Shown: piece by piece, positions 23,855 through 34,231 of the stretch | How the letters are laid out: the number at the start of each line of letters is the position of its first letter | How positions within the stretch are numbered: the first letter of the stretch is position 1 | Sequence record: OP292654.1 | Length of the DNA: 64,000 bases | Strand: one strand, 5' to 3' | Notes under the pieces: model-generated | What the model was told of the DNA's origin: nothing | Databases searched by the model: none | What the model saw: the letters and a program-made list of their open reading frames with translations, nothing else | Translations under genes and position numbers: made by a program

Positions 23855-24470
23855 TTATCGTAAAGCTAGAACTGATATTGATATTGACTTTAAAGATGGA
23901 AAGTCAGTGATTGAGCAACTTCCCTGTACTAGAAGTGTAGAGAAGATTACCGAAGATGGTTTGATTCCACATAATAGTGGTGTTCATTTTGATAATATAC
24001 CTGTAGACCCAATTAGTGGTTTAGCAAGCATACCATATAAAGAAGCCGAAAGATTAGGATACCAAAAAGTTGATATTCTGTCTCAATCGGCTTATGAGCA
24101 TGTGCGTGATAGGGATCATTTGAAAGAGTTGATGAACAAAGAGCCAGATTGGGATCTATTGTTAGTACCGGAATTCGTAGAAGAATTATCACAGATCAAA
24201 AAGCATATTACGTTGCTACATGTCTGGAAACCGAGAAGCATAGATGAATTAGCAATGTTTATTGCTATGATTCGCCCTGGTAAGCGTCAATGTCAGAGTA
24301 TGAATAGTTGGGATGAAGTAAGGGCAGTTATATGGGATTATGAGAGTATTGGTCTTGATGCTGAAGGTAAGAAGTTAAGATACTTCAAAAAGCCTCATGC
24401 ATACGCTTATAGTTTGATGATTGTGGTTCAATTAAACGCACTTGTCGAATATATTATTTCCTCTTCTTAA
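23820..24470 (+). CDS. DnaE/PolIII-alpha-like catalytic fragment (C-terminal part of split core)
   Basis: DIDIDF (DnaE PDFDVDF), HNSGV (HAGGV), KVDIL (KFDFL), MIRPG (LFRPG) and YFKKPHAYAY (YGFNKSHSAAY). Confidence 0.8.
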   Translation: MDMDHKSSQTINYRKARTDIDIDFKDGKSVIEQLPCTRSVEKITEDGLIPHNSGVHFDNIPVDPISGLASIPYKEAERLGYQKVDILSQSAYEHVRDRDHLKELMNKEPDWDLLLVPEFVEELSQIKKHITLLHVWKPRSIDELAMFIAMIRPGKRQCQSMNSWDEVRAVIWDYESIGLDAEGKKLRYFKKPHAYAYSLMIVVQLNALVEYIISSS

Positions 24471-24807
24471 GAGCAACATTTCGACGTTTAATGCGTTTAG
24501 TAGGTAGATCACTTAAAGAAATAACTGGACCGCTATGAACTTTCACTTGGTCAGTGTTAAATCGTTTGGTGTATGGTTCAAATTTTTCCATTTCTTCTTG
24601 CATGAATAAGCAAATAGGAATGGTTCGATTACTTTGCCACCACCAGTTATTAGCTAGTAATAGCAGTTCTTCTTGAAGGGATTCATCCATCTCAGAGAAG
24701 CAGTACAATGTCATGTATTGTTTACTTTTGATTTTGATAATCCCATAATAGATTATATCGTCGTGTTCAATTACTGTCACGAACGGATATGTTTTATATT
24801 CATTCAT
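24454..24807 (-). CDS. Conserved hypothetical protein
   Basis: Convergent ORF with WWWQSNR motif; - strand TAAATA at 24843-24848. Confidence 0.7.
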   Translation of the reverse strand: MNEYKTYPFVTVIEHDDIIYYGIIKIKSKQYMTLYCFSEMDESLQEELLLLANNWWWQSNRTIPICLFMQEEMEKFEPYTKRFNTDQVKVHSGPVISLSDLPTKRIKRRNVALKKRK

Positions 24808-24817
24808 AGGACTTCCA

Positions 24818-24848
24818 TAAATATTGTATAAATTGTATATTATATTTA
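24818..24848. promoter_or_regulatory. Divergent late-type promoters
   Basis: TAAATA on + at 24818-24823 and on - at 24843-24848, between divergent genes. Confidence 0.5.
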
Positions 24849-24860
24849 TAGAGGTTTAAC

Positions 24861-25832
24861 ATGGCACATCATGGCGTTTACATGTATCCTTATAACAATG
24901 AAGTTTCTTTAGGCAATTTTAATATGCCTTTTTCACAACAGAAACTAACCATTTATAGAGGTGCAAACAATCCACTTAGCTTTACTATTCATAATGCTGA
25001 TGGAAAATATACATTGATTAGTGATAATCAATATCTAGTGTTCAGCATCTTTGATGCACGTTCGGATACTAGAATCTTCGAGACAGTGCTTGATAAAGTA
25101 GAACCATCTTGGGTTTCTGAAGCTGGACAAGCACGACCAACTGTTAGTAATAAAGTTAAAGTCTACTATGGTTGTATAGTTCCGGCAGGAGTTATACAAG
25201 ACCTAAGTGTTGGTTCAAAATACCGTTGGAGTATTACGAAGGTTACAATGGATGGAGATCTAATTGAACCTACTGAGTACTTGTATACTGGATTGAACTA
25301 TGAAGCAAGTGCTGAATTAACAATCAGTAATCTTGCGGCTCCAACATTTACTCCAAGTGAAGAAATCAGTAAAGATAAGAATCCATCATATCTACCAATC
25401 AAAGATAAGGAACAAAAACCTATCTCTAATGGTATAATTGGTGAATTTGATGTATTGCATAGTTCTGCTATTCGTGCTGATGCTCAATATGGTTTAGTAG
25501 ATGGTTTAAGTACTATCGCATTTTATTTCAATAATTTCATTGGTAGGGTTCAACTACAAGGGTGTTTAGCAAATGAAACTCCTAAAGATGCGGAAGACTA
25601 TAAGTGGTTCATTATTAAGCTAGATGGTAACGAATACATTGAGAATGATTTTGATCCAAATGGTATTCCAATTCCATTAGAAGGAATTAGAGCATTTAAC
25701 TTCCAAGGACAACTTATGTGGGTTCGTGTTGTGGCTGCTATTCCACCTATTGTTAAAAATTACCCACCTAATGTAATCAAGAAAGATTACAATCCGTTGA
25801 ACACCATCCCTAAGATTCTGATTCGCAGATAA
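24861..25832 (+). CDS. Putative virion structural protein
   Basis: Beta-rich 323 aa; late-type promoter; IYRGANN motif recalls tail/baseplate proteins. Confidence 0.55.
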   Translation: MAHHGVYMYPYNNEVSLGNFNMPFSQQKLTIYRGANNPLSFTIHNADGKYTLISDNQYLVFSIFDARSDTRIFETVLDKVEPSWVSEAGQARPTVSNKVKVYYGCIVPAGVIQDLSVGSKYRWSITKVTMDGDLIEPTEYLYTGLNYEASAELTISNLAAPTFTPSEEISKDKNPSYLPIKDKEQKPISNGIIGEFDVLHSSAIRADAQYGLVDGLSTIAFYFNNFIGRVQLQGCLANETPKDAEDYKWFIIKLDGNEYIENDFDPNGIPIPLEGIRAFNFQGQLMWVRVVAAIPPIVKNYPPNVIKKDYNPLNTIPKILIRR

Positions 25833-25833
25833 A

Positions 25834-25862
25834 TGGAATGACTTGAAAAAATGTGGTATAAT
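25834..25862 (+). promoter_or_regulatory. Phage promoter TGGAAT-N17-TATAAT
   Basis: Matches the consensus; upstream of primase. Confidence 0.7.
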
Positions 25863-25894
25863 GATCGAAGTACTGACACAGACATAGGAAATGA

Positions 25895-26941
25895 ATGATG
25901 AATCAGATACAAGACATTATGGCATCAATTATGCACGACCCAGCACCAATTATGGATCGCTGGAGTCAACACAATTGCCCTGCTTGTGTTACAAGAGGGC
26001 AATCAAGACCTGATACTAAAGGACGTGGAAATCACATGTTCCGTAATGATGGTTCTGTCGTGTATAACTGTTTTAACTGTCACCTAAAAACAGTCTGGAC
26101 ACCTGGAAGATATGTAAGCAAGGATATGGAATCCTTGCTTCGTTCGTATGGTGCGTCAGATAAAGAAATGATTAGCATAAAGCTAATCGCAAAAGAAATG
26201 GTAGAAAGTGGAGATTACGAAGTACAAGATACTGCGGCATCAAAACTTTACCAGAAAATAGTACAGCGTGATTTGCCGTCAGATGCTAAACCTTTTCTAG
26301 AATGGGTGAATTCACCGAATATTCCACCAGAGTTCTTGAAAGTTGTTAACGCAGTTAATGACCGTAATCCGTATCTGTTGGACTTGAATCTGTACTGGAG
26401 TCCATCAAAAGAGTTCTACATGTTCCAACGGTTCATCATTCCGTATTACATGAATGGACAAATTATAGGTTATACTGCTCGTCACATTGACAAAGATAGC
26501 GAATATCGTTATCGGAACCAAGTGAGTACGAGCATTTTTTATAACTTCGATTTACTAAATGATGACAGGATGCAAACAATCCTGGTAGCAGAAGGTCCAA
26601 TTGACGCTGCGTTAATGGGTGGAATTTCTGCTAATAACTACTTCCTTAGTACTTCACAAATTGAATTGTTGAAGAAAGCCCAGGAACGTGGTAAAATGAT
26701 AGTTATAGTACCAGACCGTGATAAAGATGGTCTAGTAACAATTGAACAAGCTATCGAGCACGGATTCAGTGTAGCATTACCTGATTTCGGGGCTGTTCGT
26801 GATGGAGAGGGAATTCGTCACATTAAGGATTTTGATGAAGCATGTGCTAAGTATGGAAGATTGTTTTGTTTACAACTTCTACACAAGAGTATATACACTG
26901 ATAGATTCGACATAAGAGTACAAACTGAAAAATGGATTTGA
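25895..26941 (+). CDS. 61: DNA primase (gp61-like)
   Basis: Zn finger CPAC...CFNC; TOPRIM VAEGPIDA, VPDRDKDG and KDFDEA. Confidence 0.9.
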   Translation: MMNQIQDIMASIMHDPAPIMDRWSQHNCPACVTRGQSRPDTKGRGNHMFRNDGSVVYNCFNCHLKTVWTPGRYVSKDMESLLRSYGASDKEMISIKLIAKEMVESGDYEVQDTAASKLYQKIVQRDLPSDAKPFLEWVNSPNIPPEFLKVVNAVNDRNPYLLDLNLYWSPSKEFYMFQRFIIPYYMNGQIIGYTARHIDKDSEYRYRNQVSTSIFYNFDLLNDDRMQTILVAEGPIDAALMGGISANNYFLSTSQIELLKKAQERGKMIVIVPDRDKDGLVTIEQAIEHGFSVALPDFGAVRDGEGIRHIKDFDEACAKYGRLFCLQLLHKSIYTDRFDIRVQTEKWI

Positions 26942-26948
26942 GGTTTAA

Positions 26949-28448
26949 ATGGCAGTAAGTAACACGGACGTTAGAAAATACGATATTCAATATCAATTAT
27001 ATTTGCTACAGCAAATTTTTAGTACACCGGACTTGTATGTTCGTTGTAAGAATGTTTTAAAGCCGGATTATTTCGATAAGGAATATCATGCAAGCATTCA
27101 ATATGTACATGATTATTCATCAAAGTACAATGTTACTCCTACACTAAATGACATTAAACACAATGCAGATTTCGCGTACTCTGAAACTGTTGTACCTGAC
27201 TTGAACCAGCAAGCAGTACTAGACAGTATCGGAGAATTTTGTCGTCATAAAGCTCTAGCCCAAGCTATTCAGCAAGGAATGGAACTTGTGAACCAAAAAC
27301 GTTATGGTGGAATCGAAGAACTCATTCGTGAAGCTATGTTAGTAACTGTACAGAATGATATTGGTCTAGACATTTATGAAGATCCAGAATCGGTTATTCG
27401 TAAATTGGCAGAACAGCAAGGTACATTTAAATCTGGTTGGGAAACCTTTGACTATAAACTATTTGGTGGATTCGGTAAGCAAGAATTAGAAATCTTTGCT
27501 GCTGCGTCAGGTGGTGGTAAGTCAGTAGTACTCCAAAACTTAGCAGTTAACTTCAGTAAAGCTGGACTTAACGGTGCTTACATCACACTAGAACTAGCAT
27601 CTGAATTAGTTGCGGTTCGTATATACGGTATGATGGTCAACACAGCACAGAATAAAGTAAAAGTTGACATTGATGAAACTGCTGCTAAGGTCAAAATTGA
27701 GGAACGCAGTAATGGTAAATTGCGTATTCACCGCTTACCTGAATCTGTTAGTACTGTCAACGACATTGAAAGTTACATTCGTGAACTTCAAATCAAAACT
27801 GGCATTAAACTTGATTATGTTTGTGTGGATTATCTCGATCTGCTAACATCCGACCGTTGTGGACCAAACGACAAGTCAAATGCGTTTGTTAAAGATAAGT
27901 TCGTTTCCGAAGAACTTCGTGCTCTAGCTATGAAAATGGATCTAACTGTATTCACAGCTTGTCAGTTCAACCGTAGTGGTGTTGCTGGTGAAGATGTTAA
28001 ATCTCAAGCACAGATTGCGGGTGGTATTTCTAAGATTTATACTGCGGATAACGTAATTTACATTGATGCTCGTAAAGATCGTGGTGAAATGGTTTTTGAT
28101 TTCCAGAAAACACGTAACAGTTCAGCAGTAGGCTCTCGTTTAATCATGTCTTATGATATTGATTCACTTCGAGTACTAGATCATCCTAATACTGTTCAAG
28201 AAATGGAAATTAATACTAATTTCAAGCATACTGGTAAAGTGATGATTGGTAAAAGTAATGTATTCAGTACTCCACAAGCCCCAAGCGGTGCTATGAGTTC
28301 TCTACAGAACAAATTGACTACAGTTACACATAAACCTAGTACAAATGATGTACAAAATCACAGTACTACTGAATCTCAGGACATAAATACACCAAAGGCT
28401 GAGGATAAAGTTTCTAGTATGCGAAACTTTTTGAATGGTAGGATGTAA
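26949..28448 (+). CDS. 41: Replicative DnaB-like helicase (gp41-like)
   Basis: Walker A ASGGGKS, ITLEL, VDYLDL, TACQFNR and KTRNS. Confidence 0.93.
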   Translation: MAVSNTDVRKYDIQYQLYLLQQIFSTPDLYVRCKNVLKPDYFDKEYHASIQYVHDYSSKYNVTPTLNDIKHNADFAYSETVVPDLNQQAVLDSIGEFCRHKALAQAIQQGMELVNQKRYGGIEELIREAMLVTVQNDIGLDIYEDPESVIRKLAEQQGTFKSGWETFDYKLFGGFGKQELEIFAAASGGGKSVVLQNLAVNFSKAGLNGAYITLELASELVAVRIYGMMVNTAQNKVKVDIDETAAKVKIEERSNGKLRIHRLPESVSTVNDIESYIRELQIKTGIKLDYVCVDYLDLLTSDRCGPNDKSNAFVKDKFVSEELRALAMKMDLTVFTACQFNRSGVAGEDVKSQAQIAGGISKIYTADNVIYIDARKDRGEMVFDFQKTRNSSAVGSRLIMSYDIDSLRVLDHPNTVQEMEINTNFKHTGKVMIGKSNVFSTPQAPSGAMSSLQNKLTTVTHKPSTNDVQNHSTTESQDINTPKAEDKVSSMRNFLNGRM

Positions 28449-28449
28449 T

Positions 28450-28719
28450 ATGTCGAGTAAAAAGCACAATCTTCTGGATAGTATAGTTAACTATACATCA
28501 GACAAAGAAAAACTTCAAAGTTTAGGAAATCGTGCTGATCACGCAATAAATTCGATAATCAATCTGCTTGATAGCATCGACGAGGATTTCGATGAAGAAA
28601 CAGCAAACGATCTAACTAGACGTTTGTTTCTAAGTATTAAGAATCGTGACTATCGTAAATTCGAAAAGGGTTTAGAGAATCTTACCTTGGACGAAAAACG
28701 TAAGAACAAAGGTGAATAA
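28450..28719 (+). CDS. Hypothetical protein
   Basis: ATG at 28450 immediately after the helicase stop. Confidence 0.7.
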   Translation: MSSKKHNLLDSIVNYTSDKEKLQSLGNRADHAINSIINLLDSIDEDFDEETANDLTRRLFLSIKNRDYRKFEKGLENLTLDEKRKNKGE

Positions 28720-28720
28720 T

Positions 28721-28876
28721 ATGAAAAAGAAAAAAGTAAACGAAAATGCTTCTTCTGGTGCTACAAGTTCTGGTTCAATCGCATCTGTTAGTGGTGGACT
28801 TAACTATCCACTAATTACAAGAATGCCTAAATCGAATTTCTTCGGATACAAAGAATATAAAGGCAAAAAGGATTAA
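28721..28876 (+). CDS. Small 51-aa protein not in the ORF track (MKKKKVNENASSGATSSGSIASV...)
   Basis: ATG 28721 to TAA 28876 fills the gap exactly between neighbours; E-NASSGATS motif recalls T4-like virion proteins. Confidence 0.65.
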   Translation: MKKKKVNENASSGATSSGSIASVSGGLNYPLITRMPKSNFFGYKEYKGKKD

Positions 28877-28877
28877 C

Positions 28878-29276
28878 ATGACTTCTTATACATTTTACAC
28901 AATCAACACTGTAATTGACATTGGTGATGGTAGTACTCCAACAATTGTGAATGGAGAATTTACTGGTGCGATGAATTTGTCACGATTGCTGGAATGTGTT
29001 ATGGTATTCGACAGGCCAATGATGGTGAGTGTTGTTAAGACTGAAGTTGACTTGAGTAAGAACAATAATTCATCATTTTACAATCTTCCCAGTGCATGGG
29101 GAGAATGTGTTGTGAGTACTTTCAAATTCGCATTGCCAATGGATGTGGAATTATCAGTTAGTGGTGTACCTTTAGTACTACCAACGACCGTTAATGGAGC
29201 ACGTCTAACAAAATTCAACAGTACTACCTCTGAACGGAATATTAGTATTACTAAGCAAACCTTTTCCCGTACATGA
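28878..29276 (+). CDS. Hypothetical protein, possibly structural
   Basis: ORF abutting the upstream gene. Confidence 0.7.
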   Translation: MTSYTFYTINTVIDIGDGSTPTIVNGEFTGAMNLSRLLECVMVFDRPMMVSVVKTEVDLSKNNNSSFYNLPSAWGECVVSTFKFALPMDVELSVSGVPLVLPTTVNGARLTKFNSTTSERNISITKQTFSRT

Positions 29277-29282
29277 TAAATA
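29277..29282 (+). promoter_or_regulatory. Late-type promoter TAAATA
   Basis: GATAAATA upstream of the 29322-32305 cluster. Confidence 0.55.
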
Positions 29283-29321
29283 TCTTCATGTACAGAAAAG
29301 GTTTTTCTTTTTGGAGATAAT

Positions 29322-30248
29322 ATGGATATACAACAAACCGCACAGGAGCTTCAAAAGTTCGCAGATGCGAATGGTTTACAAATGGATGTAAACCAAGCCC
29401 TAAATGCTATGGATGCTGGTGATTTTGTAGAAATCAACCAAGCAATGGATAACTCAGACAATCGAGCTATCATGCAAGTACTACAAAAGTACAAAGCACA
29501 AATGAGCGAGAATTACAAACTTTTTGCTTCAAATAAGATTAATGAATCAGCAGAAGTGAACGCATTGAATACACTGACAGTAACTGAACTAGAAGAATTC
29601 TATAAAGCAAATTGTGCTTTTGCGTTGCGTGAAAATTCTCACCTAACACTTGCTGAAATCAAAACTTTAGTATTTGATGAATTAAATGAAGATATAACTT
29701 CACAATTGAATGCTAATCAAATAAACAAACAAAATACTGCTCAGCAGCAATCTCAGGTAAATCCGCAAACTGCTATTAAAATGAAGCAAGCTGATTTACA
29801 ACGTAATGCTTCTAATGCGAACTTTAAAGTATCAGTTCCAGGAAGTCAAGCTGGTAGTACTGAACTAGCTAATGTTGTTGGTGTTGATATTGGCCCAACT
29901 CCAGATAAAAGTTTAGTAGTTACTAAAGACCCATCTAAAGCTAACCAAGTAAATGTGTTTGGGTTAGATGACATTGAACCAGTTCAAGAAGATGATGAAC
30001 ATGATGAAGTGGATAATAGTGAGGGTGCTATTATGGCTCCTGAGCAACAAAGAAGTATTGAGCAATCATCTTCCCCACTTACTCATGAAAATCCAAGTCT
30101 AGGTAGACTATCACAGGCAATTGGTGATATTGAAGGTTCAGAAGATACTACTGGTGCTGAGTCACCACAAGGTAATGAAGGTATGCATGATGCTGATGAA
30201 ATTCTTTCTCAGATCATCGACTTCTGTTCAAGAATGAGAGGAAGATAA
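29322..30248 (+). CDS. Putative head/internal protein
   Basis: Acidic, Gln-rich; several (I/L)xE putative prohead-protease sites. Confidence 0.55.
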   Translation: MDIQQTAQELQKFADANGLQMDVNQALNAMDAGDFVEINQAMDNSDNRAIMQVLQKYKAQMSENYKLFASNKINESAEVNALNTLTVTELEEFYKANCAFALRENSHLTLAEIKTLVFDELNEDITSQLNANQINKQNTAQQQSQVNPQTAIKMKQADLQRNASNANFKVSVPGSQAGSTELANVVGVDIGPTPDKSLVVTKDPSKANQVNVFGLDDIEPVQEDDEHDEVDNSEGAIMAPEQQRSIEQSSSPLTHENPSLGRLSQAIGDIEGSEDTTGAESPQGNEGMHDADEILSQIIDFCSRMRGR

Positions 30249-30466
30249 TGAGATCGGTCGGTACAAATAAAGGTTTTACTATAATTGTATCAAATGAAGA
30301 ATACCGTCTCGTTAAGAAAATTGATGCAAATATTGAGATGCCAGTTGAGTACTTTGGAGAATACTATCAAGAGTTGGGTGAAAAACTAGTCTCTCGTGGA
30401 ATTCTAAATAAGGTAGAAAAAGATGGAACTGAATATTTTGTATCAATTAAAAGGAGTAAGCAATGA
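30248..30466 (+). CDS. Hypothetical protein
   Basis: TAATG-coupled ORF. Confidence 0.7.
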   Translation: MRSVGTNKGFTIIVSNEEYRLVKKIDANIEMPVEYFGEYYQELGEKLVSRGILNKVEKDGTEYFVSIKRSKQ

Positions 30467-31275
30467 GTGATGATTTCGGAGATTTCGAACACTATAAACA
30501 TGGTGTTGATCTAATGGGAGATATTCTTTCAGCATTCGATGACATTGAAGAAGGGAAGCCAGTACCAAAGAAACTGCCTGATGGTAGTACTTTTGTAAAT
30601 GACTTTGCTCAGGTGAATCTTGCTGAAACTAAAAATCTCTTACACGGTCTACAAGAACTGACCGGAGAATATGGTAATATTCAAGAAGAATCATTTTATG
30701 GTCAAGAATATGTAAACGTAGATTCTGACAATGATTATGATAGCATTTATGGTTATTATGAACCGCAACCTGGCGAAAACTTTATTGAAGACCCAATTGC
30801 CGTTCGTATGCGTCAGGTAAAACCACAAACACAACAACAGCAATCTCAACCTAGTACACCAGTACAACAAAATCGCCCATACGTTCCAGGAATGAATTGG
30901 GGTATTATTGAAGAATCGGTGCTTGGTATGAAGAATGCAAAAACATATAGCATAAAATGTTTAGCAACTAATCAAGTGGTTCTGGACAATATTATGATGT
31001 ATGAATCAGCTTTAGCATTACGTAATCTTCTAAACGCTGGTAGAACCTTAACTGATACTAAAGTACTTGGTATCATTAGTTCTGGTATTCAATACACTAC
31101 TGTCGTTAAGGAAGCTATAAAAGCTGCCAAAGAACGTCAGAATGTACTTAAAGAATCTAAGTATGATAAGGCTCAAGAACTTGATACAGTTATTGCTGAA
31201 CACAAGAAAAAAGCCCAAGACTTAAAGGCAAGAGTATTGAACTTCTTAAAAGAAGAAGGATTCATAACTAAATAA
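30463..31275 (+). CDS. Hypothetical protein, possibly structural
   Basis: ATGA-coupled ORF in a late cluster. Confidence 0.7.
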   Translation: MSDDFGDFEHYKHGVDLMGDILSAFDDIEEGKPVPKKLPDGSTFVNDFAQVNLAETKNLLHGLQELTGEYGNIQEESFYGQEYVNVDSDNDYDSIYGYYEPQPGENFIEDPIAVRMRQVKPQTQQQQSQPSTPVQQNRPYVPGMNWGIIEESVLGMKNAKTYSIKCLATNQVVLDNIMMYESALALRNLLNAGRTLTDTKVLGIISSGIQYTTVVKEAIKAAKERQNVLKESKYDKAQELDTVIAEHKKKAQDLKARVLNFLKEEGFITK

Positions 31276-31306
31276 GGATATAAATTTCATTTATAAGGAA
31301 ATAACA

Positions 31307-31957
31307 ATGTCAAAACAATTTCAAAAAATGATGGAATCCGGCAGTCGCGTTGAAGCTCTAAATTTTGTTCAACTAAATGAATCAAATATTGAGAAAGCTG
31401 AGATTGTACTAGCAGTTAAGGGTGAAATCGTAGATAAACTACAGCGTCAAGCTGAAGTAATCAATAACATGGGCGTTGACGTACTAGGTCCACTATTAGA
31501 CCGTATCAAAGCAGAACATGGTGTTGAAGCAGCAGAATCATTCCGTAATAACATTAGTGGTCTTCTAGATCATGCTGTTAAAACTATTATGGACGTAAAA
31601 GATAAAATCAGTACCGAAACCCTAAAACTAACTGGTGACATTACTAGTTCTCCAGATGTTGCGGATTTAGGTTCAGATGATTTTGGAACCGATGATGTAT
31701 CACTAGATGTAGATACTCCTGAAGGTGATTTCGACTTTGAAGATGATGCTGATTTAGGTGATGCTGGTGAACTACCAGAACCTACTCCAATGGATCGTGA
31801 AATGAAGGAATCCGTACAACCTAAACGTTTTGGTATTCAACTTGAAAGCGTTAAAGGTACTGTAGGTAATAAGTACTTCAACTCTAAGAAAGAAATGAAT
31901 CAATGGCTTTCTGAAAATGAAAGTAAAATCGCAAAGGTTCTGAAGATCCTAAAATAA
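31307..31957 (+). CDS. Putative prohead core/scaffold-like protein
   Basis: Acidic and helical, with KMME-S and QLNE-S sites; function inferred only. Confidence 0.45.
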   Translation: MSKQFQKMMESGSRVEALNFVQLNESNIEKAEIVLAVKGEIVDKLQRQAEVINNMGVDVLGPLLDRIKAEHGVEAAESFRNNISGLLDHAVKTIMDVKDKISTETLKLTGDITSSPDVADLGSDDFGTDDVSLDVDTPEGDFDFEDDADLGDAGELPEPTPMDREMKESVQPKRFGIQLESVKGTVGNKYFNSKKEMNQWLSENESKIAKVLKILK

Positions 31958-31969
31958 TCGGAGGGTTAT

Positions 31970-32305
31970 ATGCGTTATAGTCAAATAACCGAGGATGCTC
32001 CAGGAAAAGATATTCGGAATATGATTAGTACTATCGCACTGTCTCTTATTGCCACTGGCAGGGAACAGATCAGTGTTCAATCTCTAATTAATGAGATAAA
32101 GAAACGTACTAATATTGATGTTCCTTATAACGTCATGATGGACATTCTGAATGAACTACCATTCGTTCAAGATGCAAACTCTGACATAGTTACTCTACAA
32201 GGCAATGATACTACTCCAAGTGGTGACAATGCTGAATCTTCTGAGGATCAAGTAGAGGACATGGCAACAAAAGCAGCAGCAAACAACTTAAAACAAGATT
32301 TTTGA
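31970..32305 (+). CDS. Putative head internal protein
   Basis: N-terminal MRYSQITE leader resembles a capsid-targeting sequence. Confidence 0.5.
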   Translation: MRYSQITEDAPGKDIRNMISTIALSLIATGREQISVQSLINEIKKRTNIDVPYNVMMDILNELPFVQDANSDIVTLQGNDTTPSGDNAESSEDQVEDMATKAAANNLKQDF

Positions 32306-32331
32306 AACAAACTAAAAACATGTGCTATAAT
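32303..32331 (+). promoter_or_regulatory. Phage promoter TGAAAC-N17-TATAAT
   Basis: Matches the consensus. Confidence 0.75.
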
Positions 32332-32344
32332 ATAGGAGTACAGG

Positions 32345-33046
32345 ATGTACATACCACCTATTGTCAATAAGTACACGTATACAGGTTATGAACGAATTGA
32401 AGGCGGCCCTGATGGTCGCCTTTATTCTACCCCAAGCGGAAACCTACCAAGCGTGACTACAATACTAAGTGCCACTTCTGATGATGAAGGATTACAGAAA
32501 TGGAGAGCCGCCGTTGGTGAAAAGAAAGCCAACGAAATAACATTAGAAGCAACAACAGTCGGAACGTTCATGCATGAAAATTTAGAACGCAGATTAGTTG
32601 GTGATCCAGATCATAAAGGTGGAATGCCGATACGAGTACTGGCAAGAAATATGGCTGATGTTATACAGGAAAATGCGTGGCCTCAAATTAATGAAGTATG
32701 GGGTCAAGAAGTTCCTTTATATTATGAAGGACTTTGGGCTGGAACAACAGACTTAGTAGGTGTGCATAATGGCATCCCTAGTATAATGGACTATAAAAAC
32801 TCTCGTAAACCTAAGACGTGGGAATACATTGAAAACTACCGTCTTCAGATCGCAGCATACGCCCTCGCACATAATCAACAACATGGCACTACGATTAATC
32901 GCGGTGTTATTTTTATTTGTGTTAGAAAAGATCCTGAAAATCTGGAATATCAAGAATTCGTTATTGAAGGTGCTGATTTTGATGAAGCTGTCAATATGTG
33001 GATTGAACGAGTTGAAATGTATTACGCTCAACGTGGAGAAATGTAA
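32345..33046 (+). CDS. PD-(D/E)XK exonuclease (RecB/lambda-exo-like)
   Basis: PSVTTIL, GTFMH, AGTTDL, MDYKNS and QIAAYA motifs. Confidence 0.85.
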   Translation: MYIPPIVNKYTYTGYERIEGGPDGRLYSTPSGNLPSVTTILSATSDDEGLQKWRAAVGEKKANEITLEATTVGTFMHENLERRLVGDPDHKGGMPIRVLARNMADVIQENAWPQINEVWGQEVPLYYEGLWAGTTDLVGVHNGIPSIMDYKNSRKPKTWEYIENYRLQIAAYALAHNQQHGTTINRGVIFICVRKDPENLEYQEFVIEGADFDEAVNMWIERVEMYYAQRGEM

Positions 33047-33047
33047 A

Positions 33048-33599
33048 ATGGGATTAAGAGCAATGAAGCAAGATATTTTCGCAATCAAAGCAGTACAAGC
33101 TAAAGGTTACGATATTAATGAATTGATCAAACAAGACGATTCAGAACTGGATAAACTTCAACTTCCAGTAAAACTAATTCAGGCAGTAAAAGATTATAAG
33201 ATGCGTGGCGGTAAAACTGTTCAACAAATCTCTGAAGAAATTGCTGACCTAATGGTGCAAGAATCTGCTACAGTAGAAGGTACTACTGTTGATGAAGCAG
33301 TTAATGAATACAAAACTAATACAGTAGAACAACAAGCTATTATTGAAGAAATTCAAAGTTCAGTGGTTATTCCTGAAGATGAAGTTCAAATTGTTCGTAC
33401 TGAAAGTGCTCAAGATGATGTTGACATTATTGTACAAGCACTGAAAGAAAAAGATTTCAAATCTTTTGCTCCGTTCCTAAAACATTTGAAAACTGCTGTA
33501 CCAGCAGCTATTCTATCTTCTGTTGATGGTGCGAAAGTAAATGAGCTAATAGAGAAGCGTATTGCTGATGTTAAAGCTCAGGCCGAAAGTACTAAATAA
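33048..33599 (+). CDS. Hypothetical protein
   Basis: True start is likely the ATG at 33048, just after the exonuclease stop; the ORF-track start at 32829 overlaps that gene. Confidence 0.7.
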   Translation: MGLRAMKQDIFAIKAVQAKGYDINELIKQDDSELDKLQLPVKLIQAVKDYKMRGGKTVQQISEEIADLMVQESATVEGTTVDEAVNEYKTNTVEQQAIIEEIQSSVVIPEDEVQIVRTESAQDDVDIIVQALKEKDFKSFAPFLKHLKTAVPAAILSSVDGAKVNELIEKRIADVKAQAESTK

Positions 33600-33627
33600 T
33601 TCTATACTTTAATAGGAGATTTTAGTT

Positions 33628-34206
33628 ATGGCTCAAAAAGAAATTGCTTTAATGCAAGTTCGTATGGGTAAACAACGTGACTTACCATTGGCTCTTGAGA
33701 AAGGACAAATCGGATTTAGTACTGATGTAGGTCGCTGTTTTATCGGCCTACCAAGTTCTTCTGAACCTTCTTCATTAGTTGCTGGTAGAACATGGGATAA
33801 TGCCCCAAACAGTGGAAAGGAAAATGTGGAAATTCTTACCGAATTTACACCTTGGAGTATTCTAAACGAACTAATCAATAAACCATATAAAGTTACAGTA
33901 CCAGCAAATGGCACAGTAACAGTAAACGTACAAAGTACATCAAGATTATTTCTTGAATATGTTGGATATAGTAACGCTACTGGAAGTACTTTACTAGAAT
34001 CTGGCTCAGTACAACTTGTGGTTCAGGACGGTACAGTACTTATCGCCCAACAAAACAACACAAATCAACCTGAAGGGCTTGTTGTGATCGAATTTGAAGA
34101 TCCAGCCTTTGATACAGGAACTAACAGAATGGCAGTCACACTATCTAATGATAGTACTGAAAGCTTTACTGTTGAGTACATACTTCGCGGGTGGGATGCA
34201 ATTTAA
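33628..34206 (+). CDS. Putative virion structural protein
   Basis: N-terminal QVRMG...LP.ALEKGQIGFSTD..R.FIG motif typical of tail/baseplate proteins; TAAATA at 33593. Confidence 0.6.
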   Translation: MAQKEIALMQVRMGKQRDLPLALEKGQIGFSTDVGRCFIGLPSSSEPSSLVAGRTWDNAPNSGKENVEILTEFTPWSILNELINKPYKVTVPANGTVTVNVQSTSRLFLEYVGYSNATGSTLLESGSVQLVVQDGTVLIAQQNNTNQPEGLVVIEFEDPAFDTGTNRMAVTLSNDSTESFTVEYILRGWDAI

Positions 34207-34231
34207 AAGGCTCCCGCCTTTTTTCGACCCT

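Noticed and set aside
23820-24470. Split intein joining the DnaE-like fragments
   Set aside because: No Cys/Ser-initiated IntN tail on 57661-58179 (it ends FLKW) and no IntC ending in His-Asn at the start of 23820.
24454-24470. Antisense regulation by the 17-nt convergent overlap
   Set aside because: Short 3' overlaps are common in compact phage genomes; no further evidence.
32345-33046. Cas4 / CRISPR system
   Set aside because: PD-(D/E)XK nuclease without the Cas4 Fe-S cysteines; no repeat-spacer array or other cas genes seen.
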